NCBI GenBank assembly: GCA_900234795.1
Contig: LT962688.1
Location: forward strand, 1,350,001 to 1,382,000
Reading direction: 5' to 3'
Length of the DNA: 32,000 bases
From: Methylorubrum extorquens
Lineage (GTDB): Bacteria > Pseudomonadota > Alphaproteobacteria > Rhizobiales > Beijerinckiaceae
A program made the translations under genes and the position numbers. The notes below the pieces were generated by a model that had not been told where the DNA came from, made no database searches, and saw nothing but the letters and a program-made list of their open reading frames with translations. Shown in pieces: positions 1-12,639 of the stretch. Position 1 is the stretch's first letter; every line of letters starts with the position of its first letter.

Positions 1-2277
<2,277 letters not shown>

Positions 2278-2401
2278 TCATGGCGCCGCGCTCGTCCGGA
2301 GCGCCGCTGGCCGTCGTCGTGCTTGGGAAGGCCCCGCCCCTTCCTGCTCGACCGCGGCGGAGCCTCGGGAAAGGCACCGCCGCGGGAGGTGATGGCTGTC
2401 G

Positions 2402-6532
<4,131 letters not shown>

Positions 6533-6765
6533 GAGACCTCGCTCCACCACCTCAGCGTAGGGTGCCCGGGGAAGGCGGACCGCCTCCCATCACCGGACCC
6601 GAAGGGCCGTCCCGCCGGACGATCAGCCCACCCGAACCGAATTTGTCTCCGTTCGCCGCCCATTCCTGCCTTCAGGAACGACGGCCGCCCGAAGCAGCGT
6701 TAGCCCGCGAGCCGGAGCCCGCGGGCGTCTGGCCGGCACGCCCTCGAGGAGAGCGCGCCGGATGC

Positions 6766-6787
6766 GATGGGCCGGTCTCGGCCCATC
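6766..6787 (-). promoter_or_regulatory. Stem-loop just downstream of rplL, a candidate rplL-rpoB attenuator
   Basis: On the minus strand, gatgggccg-agac-cggcccatc forms a 9-bp perfect stem starting 7 nt after the rplL stop. There is no U-tract. An attenuator sits at this position in the E. coli rplJL-rpoBC operon, so the role here is by analogy only. Confidence 0.35.
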
Positions 6788-6793
6788 GACGGA

Positions 6794-7171
<378 letters not shown>

Positions 7172-7228
7172 GTGCGTGTTCCTTTGGTGTATCGGTTTGA
7201 ACGGGTCGGTTTATGGGGGAGAAACGGC

Positions 7229-7747
7229 TCAGGCCGCCTCGTCCTTCTTGGCATAGGCCCCGAACACGCGGGCGAGCTTGGCCGCCGGCGCGTTGACGAC
7301 CTGGGCGACCTTGGTCGCGGGAGCCTGGATGAGGCCCACGAGCTTGGCGCGCAGTTCGTCGAGGGACGGGAGCGAGGCGAGCGCCTTCACGCCGTCCGGG
7401 TTCAGGGCAGTCGTTCCCATGGCACCGCCGAGAATCACGAGCTTGTCGTTCGTCTTGGCGAAGTCCACCGCAACCTTTGCGGCCGCGACCGGATCGCTGG
7501 AGTAAGCGAGCAGGGTCGGGCCCTTCAGGAGGGGCTTGATGGAGGCGACGTCCGTGCCATCGAGAGCGATGCTGGCGAGCCGGTTCTTGGCGACCTTCAC
7601 GGTGGCGCCGGCCTGCTTCATCTGCGAGCGCAGCTTCTGCATGTCGGCGACCGTGAGGCCTTTGTAGTGGGCCACGACGACCACGGCGTTCGCATTGAAC
7701 ACGCCGTTGAGCGTCGAGACGAGATCAGCTTTAGCTGTCCGGTCCAC
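7229..7747 (-). CDS. rplJ: 50S ribosomal protein L10
   Basis: The ORF 7229..7795 product contains [40 protein letters not shown]..., typical of L10. The likely start is the GTG at 7747, preceded by GGAGAG about 8 nt upstream. The track's longer N-terminus looks non-coding. Confidence 0.9.
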   Translation of the reverse strand: MDRTAKADLVSTLNGVFNANAVVVVAHYKGLTVADMQKLRSQMKQAGATVKVAKNRLASIALDGTDVASIKPLLKGPTLLAYSSDPVAAAKVAVDFAKTNDKLVILGGAMGTTALNPDGVKALASLPSLDELRAKLVGLIQAPATKVAQVVNAPAAKLARVFGAYAKKDEAA

Positions 7748-8166
7748 TGTGCTCTCTCCGGTTGGCGGAACCTGAGACAGGCCCGCCGGTTGCACTTGCC
7801 GCCCGGAACGGATCTCGGCGTAGAAGCCGGAACCGTCGCGGACGACGTCTCACGGCCCTGTCCCTTTGAAGCGCCGCTGGGGCCCCTCGCGGGTGAGATT
7901 GGTTCAAACCGAGGTCTCCCGCCGGTGCCTGACGGCCCCGGAGGAAGACGTAGAAAAATTCGGTCTTCCCCGTCTGTGCAGGCTGTCGCCGATTAAGCCG
8001 GTCGCCCGGCGCCTGCAGTCTCGGACAGGACATAGCCGGAAACGGCGCTCGGAGCAGAAGCTCCAAGACCATCCCGGCCATCACCGTCCGGTTGCCCGAA
8101 CGGCATCTCGAATGGAAACCGACCGATTGGCCGATCCCTTTCAATGGTTGAAATCGTGGAGCGCGG
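7748..8166 (-). promoter_or_regulatory. Putative long rplJ 5' leader (L10/L12 autoregulatory region expected by analogy)
   Basis: No credible ORF on either strand, G+C visibly lower than in flanking genes, and several local hairpins. The extent is defined only by the candidate promoter at 8167..8195. The function is inferred, not demonstrated. Confidence 0.3.
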
Positions 8167-8195
8167 TCTATAGCGGCGTGCAAGCCGCCTGCCAA
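8167..8195 (-). promoter_or_regulatory. Candidate sigma70-type promoter facing rplJ
   Basis: The minus strand reads TTGGCA-N17-TATAGA (plus-strand tgccaa at 8190..8195, tctata at 8167..8172). It also fits the alphaproteobacterial CTATAT-like -10 (CTATAG). This is a sequence match only. Confidence 0.3.
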
Positions 8196-8420
8196 GTCCC
8201 GCAATGCGACTTTTCCGTCGCAGGCAAGGAAGCAGACGAGGGCACGAGCGAACGCGAGCGGGCATGGGCCCCGGCCGGAGGCACGCCCTCGCCTTAACCG
8301 ATCCTTGACTCTGCCCGCGCCGCGTCCGCCGCGGCGCGGAGCCTGTGTGCGCCAGCGCATCCCCGACCATGGGCGGCGGCCTTACACCGCAGCGCACAAA
8401 AGCAGGGGATCTCGCGGGCG

Positions 8421-8570
8421 ATGGCCTCGAAGGTGTTGTTGGCGCTGGTGGTGTTCGTGTTCCTCGTGGACGGCCACCTGCCGGGGATGCGCGAGTTGCG
8501 TAACCCGGACAGCGAGGGCGGGAAGGGCGCAGGCCGCGCCGCGCTGCTGTCGAAGCGATCCGAGGCCTGA
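8421..8570 (+). CDS. Possible 49-aa small membrane protein (hypothetical)
   Basis: Below the ORF-track length cutoff. ATG at 8421, TGA at 8568. Product: MASKVLLALVVFVFLVDGHLPGMRELRNPDSEGGKGAGRAALLSKRSEA. It has a hydrophobic N-terminal helix and almost all third codon positions are G/C, as in genuine genes here. The SD is weak (GGGGA about 12 nt upstream). Confidence 0.25.
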   Translation: MASKVLLALVVFVFLVDGHLPGMRELRNPDSEGGKGAGRAALLSKRSEA

Positions 8571-8581
8571 GCCTCGGATCG
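8556..8581. terminator. Perfect 11-bp hairpin between the convergent small ORF and the porin gene
   Basis: cgatccgaggc-ctga-gcctcggatcg. It overlaps the stop of the 8421..8570 ORF and lies about 30 nt beyond the porin stop. There is no clear U-tract on either strand. Confidence 0.4.
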
Positions 8582-8612
8582 CCCGGTATGGCTCGCCGAG
8601 CCCCGCTCGGGA

Positions 8613-10121
8613 TCAGTAGTTGATCTGGAGCTGTCCGCGGAACAGGTCGCCCTCGGCCCGGCCGAAGCGGCTGCTGCTGGCCTCGCGGCGCTTCATGTTG
8701 GCGTAGGCGAGCGTCAGCTCCACCGACTTGATCGGCTGGAACTCGACGCCGAGCTCCACTTCGTCGGTGTCGAGGCGCGGCGCGTTCGTCCCGACCTTCC
8801 AGCCGCCGTCATAGGTCTGCCAGCGGATGTAGGGCATGAACGGGCCGACCGGCGAATGATCGACCTTGTACATCGCCTGGACGTAGCCGCCCTGGAGCGG
8901 CTTGGTCAGGATCGCCCGGGCCACGGGATCGAATTCGGGGCCGCGTCCCCAGTTCCACTCACCCTGAAGGCCGAAGGGCTGCGGGTACAGCATCGCGTGC
9001 ACGCCGACGCGCTCGTCGTCGAAGGTGTTGCCCAGGGTGGTGGAGGAACCGAAGGTCGCTTCGGGCCGGAAGCGGTTGCGGTAGGCCGAGCCGCCGACTT
9101 CCACTACCTGCCCCTTGAACGCCTCGCCGAGACCGTCGAGTTCGAACGGCCAGGTCGCCATCATGACCGTCATCAGGTCGTTGTTGCCCTCGACCCGGTT
9201 GATGGTCTGGCCGTTGTAGATACCGACGCCCAGGGCACCGTAATTGCCGAACAGCTTCTGGCCGCCCTTGGCCAGACGATCCCAGATGCGCTGCACGTGC
9301 GCAGGGGTGTAGTAGAACGTGATACCGATATCGCGCTCGCCGGGCACGCCGCTGTTGATCGCGTCGGAACGGTCGAGTGTCAGGCGGTTCTGCGAGGATT
9401 GCAGGTTTTCCCAGCCGTAGGGCACCTTCTGCTGGCCGAAGCGCAGTTTGGTGCGGCGCTCGTCGTCGAGGAACACGTCGGCATAGGCGTCGCGCAGCTG
9501 CGTGAAGTGCTGGCGGTCGCCCACGCCGACCGCGAAGTCGGGCTGGATGTAGAGGAACACCCGCTCGTGGATGTCGCCCTGCAGGACCAAGCGCACCCGG
9601 CGGAAGGTGAAGTTGTTGCGGTCGGTGATGCCGCTGTCGTGGACCGAGCGCAGGCGCGAGACGCCGGAGGGGGCGGTGTCGTCACCGGACAGGAACTCGT
9701 TGCCGCGCAGCTGGGTGTAGCCGCGCAGCGAGAGGCGCTCGAACCACGTCTTCGGCCGGCCGGCGTGACGGGGGTCGTCGGCCAGCAGCTGCGGCGCGGG
9801 CGGCACCAGCGCGTCGTACCACGTCTCCGGCTCGTCGATGGCGAAGCGGTGCGGGACCGGGCCGGGCGCGGCCGGCTGCCCGATCGCGGATTCCTTCGGG
9901 CGCCCGGCTGCCGGGAAGGTGCCGGCATCGGTGTTGCGGGCGTTCGCCTGCCGTAGCGGCCCCCGCCCACCTCTGCCCTGCGCCTCCGACTGCGCCTTGA
10001 TCAGCGCCTTGAGTTCGTTGATCTGCCGCTGAAGCTCAGCGACCGTCTGAGCCTGCGCCTGAGCGCATGGCAGCACCAGAGCGCTCGATAAGAGCAGCGC
10101 GGTCAGAAGACGTCGTTTCAT
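8613..10121 (-). CDS. Outer-membrane porin, Porin_O_P-like (phosphate-selective porin O/P family), with an N-terminal coiled coil
   Basis: 502 aa. Signal peptide MKRRLLTALLLSSALVLPCAQAQA, then a heptad-like segment VAELQRQINELKALIKAQ. The remainder is rich in alternating aromatic/Gly beta-strand patterns and ends LQINY (terminal aromatic). The family assignment is from memory of this architecture, not from a search. Confidence 0.75.
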   Translation of the reverse strand: MKRRLLTALLLSSALVLPCAQAQAQTVAELQRQINELKALIKAQSEAQGRGGRGPLRQANARNTDAGTFPAAGRPKESAIGQPAAPGPVPHRFAIDEPETWYDALVPPAPQLLADDPRHAGRPKTWFERLSLRGYTQLRGNEFLSGDDTAPSGVSRLRSVHDSGITDRNNFTFRRVRLVLQGDIHERVFLYIQPDFAVGVGDRQHFTQLRDAYADVFLDDERRTKLRFGQQKVPYGWENLQSSQNRLTLDRSDAINSGVPGERDIGITFYYTPAHVQRIWDRLAKGGQKLFGNYGALGVGIYNGQTINRVEGNNDLMTVMMATWPFELDGLGEAFKGQVVEVGGSAYRNRFRPEATFGSSTTLGNTFDDERVGVHAMLYPQPFGLQGEWNWGRGPEFDPVARAILTKPLQGGYVQAMYKVDHSPVGPFMPYIRWQTYDGGWKVGTNAPRLDTDEVELGVEFQPIKSVELTLAYANMKRREASSSRFGRAEGDLFRGQLQINY

Positions 10122-10370
10122 CTCTCGAACCCCCTTTGCCGCGTTCCGGGCCGGCGTGATGACGCTCGCCGTGTTGTGTTGGAACGCGCCCAGTCCTCGG
10201 TTGCGGATCTTCTGGCGCAGCGCGAACCCCGGACGGCCGATCGAACCACCCGCGCCGACCGGCCCGCAGCATCTGCGGCGCCCGGCGAAGTCGTTAGTCG
10301 GCTCAATCGCTTAGCGATCCCGGCGGCCTGCCCCACAGCCATGCTTGGCCGATAGCACCCCGCCGGAAGG

Positions 10371-10520
10371 ATTAAAAGTTATCTTGAATAAAACCCGAGG
10401 GATTTCCGGGCTCATTACTTATATTACGGCTGCTAGACTGACTTAATCCGATATTTTTCACTATTTTTTCGTCATAAAAGTGACGTGCGTTTGTGTTTTA
10501 GATAGTCGATTATTCTGAAG
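10371..10520. promoter_or_regulatory. AT-rich island in the divergent porin / radical-SAM intergenic region (probable promoter hub)
   Basis: A hand count gives roughly one-third G+C over 150 nt, in a window that otherwise looks about 70% G+C. It contains runs such as ttaaaagttatcttgaataaaa and atatttttcactattttttcgtcataaaagtgacg. Confidence 0.4.
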
Positions 10521-10894
10521 CCATCGGTCCGGCCAGGGCCGTCCGTGCCACCCCCTCTCCGTCCGGTGGCAAGGCCTTGCCGGCCCTCAGGGAACGGCGT
10601 GGAAGGGCGCAGAATCCTCGCGCCGGCCTCCGGCGCGGCGCCGTCCCCCCGGCCGGAGCCCTCGCCCGATGCGCTCACCGCATGGCGGCGTTTCCAGTGT
10701 TCCCCGAGATCCTCACTGTGCCCTTCGCGCAACACGCCGTGCGGGCACGCGGACAGGCCGGCGGCCCCGATACGCGGGAGGGTTCGCAGCCTCCCTGCGC
10801 GGACCCGGCGACGTTGCATCGCACGGGGTCTTGAACGCGCTTCGATGCGGAAAGAGGGGACGCCAACGGGCTGGGCTGTGCTAGATAGGAGGCC

Positions 10895-12538
10895 ATGCGA
10901 TGCTCCCTTTCCGTCTCGTCCCGCCGGCGCATCCTGTGCGTCTTTCCCGCCTACACGCCGTCCTTCGGGACGTTCTCCCACGCCTACCCACTGATGGGCG
11001 GCGTGAAGGCGTTCATGCCGCCCCAGGGGCTCCTGCTGATCGCGGCCTACATGCCCGAGACCTGGGAATGCCGCTTCGTTGACGAGAACATCCGGCCCGC
11101 CTCGGCCAAGGACTTCGCCTGGGCCGATGCCGTGTTCGTCTCGGGCATGCATATCCAGGAGGGCCAGATCCACGACATCGGCCGGCGTGCGCACGCCGCC
11201 GGCAAGGTCGCGGCGCTCGGCGGCCCCTCGGTGTCGGGCGCGCCGGAGAAGTACCCGGACTTCGACTACCTGCATGTCGGCGAGATCGGCGACGCCACCG
11301 ACCGCCTCATCGAGATCCTCGACCGCGACCTGTCGCGGCCGGCGGCGCAGGTGGTGCTCGACACCAAGGAGCGGCTGGCGCTGTCCGACTTCCCGGCCCC
11401 GGCCTACGAGGCCGCGCCGCTCAAGCGCTACCTGATCGGCTCGCTTCAGTTCTCCTCGGGCTGCCCGTATCGCTGCGAGTTCTGCGACATCCCACAGCTC
11501 TACGGCCGCCAGCCGCGGCTGAAGAGCCCGGAGCAGATGTGCGCCGAACTCGACGCGATCATCAGCCAGCCGGGCCACCCGGCGGTGGTCTACTTCGTCG
11601 ACGACAACTTCATCGCCAACCGCAAGGCGACCCGCGAGATGCTGCCGCATCTCGTGGAATGGCAGAAGAAGAACAACTACCCGCTCCAGTTCGCCTGCGA
11701 GGCGACGCTGAACATGGCCAAGCAGCCCGAGATCCTCGAGCTGATGCGGCAGGCCAACTTCATGACGGTGTTCGTCGGCATCGAGACGCCGGAAGCCGAC
11801 GCGCTCAAGGGCATCGACAAGACCCACAACGCCGCCGTGCCGATGTATGAGGCGATCGAGACGCTCAACAGCTACGGGCTGGAAGTGACCTCGGGCATCA
11901 TCCTCGGCCTCGACTCGGATTCCGACAAGTCCGAGCAGAACCTGATCGACTTCATCGACAAGTCCGCGATCCCGGTGCTGACGATCAACCTGCTCCAGGC
12001 GCTGCCCAAGACGCCGCTCTGGGACCGGCTGCAGCGCGAGGGTCGGCTCCTGCACGATGCGAGCCTGGAATCGAACGTGCTGTTCAAGCGCCCGCACGAC
12101 ACGGTGGTGAGTTCCTGGCGCCGGGCCATCGCCCACGCCTACACCCCCGAGCACCTGTTCGAGCGCTTCAAGCACCAGTGCGACGTGACCTACGGCAACC
12201 GCATCGTCACGCCGACCAAGGGCAAGCTCACCAAGACCAACCTGCGCCGCGGCCTGATCCTCGGCTTCAACATCATCACGCGGGTGGGGTTGTTCTCCGA
12301 TTACCGCCGGCCGTTCTGGCGGGCGGCGGGCCACGCGCTGAAGCGCGGGCAGATCGAGGCGGTGTTCAACATGGGCTTCGTCGCCCACCACCTGATCCGC
12401 TTCACCCGCGAGGCGCTGCGCGGCGAGCACAACGCGTCCTTCTACGCCGCCAAGGCGGCGGAAGCGGCGGCGCAGCGCGAGCGGAGCTGGTGGGAGAACG
12501 CCCGCCGCCGCCTGGCGCCGGAGCGGGAAGCGGCCTGA
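10895..12538 (+). CDS. B12-binding (class B) radical SAM protein, HpnP-like / DUF4070-type
   Basis: 547 aa. The N-terminal cobalamin-binding-type Rossmann segment is RILCVFPAYTPSFGTFSHAYPLMGGVKAFMPPQGLLLIAAYMP...VFVSGMHIQ. The CxxxCxxC radical-SAM cluster motif is SSGCPYRCEFCDIP, near residue 190, followed by a long C-terminal extension. AGGAGG lies immediately upstream of the ATG at 10895. Confidence 0.9.
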   Translation: MRCSLSVSSRRRILCVFPAYTPSFGTFSHAYPLMGGVKAFMPPQGLLLIAAYMPETWECRFVDENIRPASAKDFAWADAVFVSGMHIQEGQIHDIGRRAHAAGKVAALGGPSVSGAPEKYPDFDYLHVGEIGDATDRLIEILDRDLSRPAAQVVLDTKERLALSDFPAPAYEAAPLKRYLIGSLQFSSGCPYRCEFCDIPQLYGRQPRLKSPEQMCAELDAIISQPGHPAVVYFVDDNFIANRKATREMLPHLVEWQKKNNYPLQFACEATLNMAKQPEILELMRQANFMTVFVGIETPEADALKGIDKTHNAAVPMYEAIETLNSYGLEVTSGIILGLDSDSDKSEQNLIDFIDKSAIPVLTINLLQALPKTPLWDRLQREGRLLHDASLESNVLFKRPHDTVVSSWRRAIAHAYTPEHLFERFKHQCDVTYGNRIVTPTKGKLTKTNLRRGLILGFNIITRVGLFSDYRRPFWRAAGHALKRGQIEAVFNMGFVAHHLIRFTREALRGEHNASFYAAKAAEAAAQRERSWWENARRRLAPEREAA

Positions 12539-12639
12539 GCGTTTCCGGCAGGGGGGCTCGTCATCGCGCGCCCTGAGGCAAAGCTCCGATCGAAAAGGCC
12601 CCAATTGAACTTGGGCTGACCATCGCGTCCGCCCATCCC

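Noticed and set aside
7731-8360. ORFs 7731..8360 (-), 7866..8297 (+) and 7993..8397 (-) in the rplJ upstream region
   Set aside because: Their products are Arg/Pro/Gly-rich with no hydrophobic core pattern, they overlap each other, and the region lacks the strong third-position G/C bias of real genes here. I treat it as non-coding.
10471-10488. Pho-box-like sequence tcGTCATaaaaGTGACgt in the porin upstream region
   Set aside because: Only the first half-site resembles CTGTCAT and the second matches about 4/7. The same bases are equally well explained as a small cgtca/tgacg hairpin. That is insufficient to claim PhoB control of the Porin_O_P-like gene.
10577-10834. Small ORFs upstream of the radical-SAM gene as possible RiPP precursor peptides (for example the 50-codon ATG 10682..10834 ORF)
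   Set aside because: There is no ribosome-binding site, and third-position G/C bias is weaker than in real genes. There is also no Cys/Ser/Thr-rich core and no leader-like pattern. HpnP-like class-B enzymes are not typical RiPP maturases.
10545-10894. Possible cobalamin riboswitch upstream of the B12-dependent radical-SAM gene
   Set aside because: An AGGGAAC-GGCGTGGAA segment near 10588 loosely recalls the riboswitch core. I could not find the B12 box (GCCACTG-like), the downstream conserved AGCCAGGAGACCTGCC-type element or the expected pairing. Riboswitch control of a B12-using enzyme would also be atypical. It needs cmsearch and is not callable by eye.
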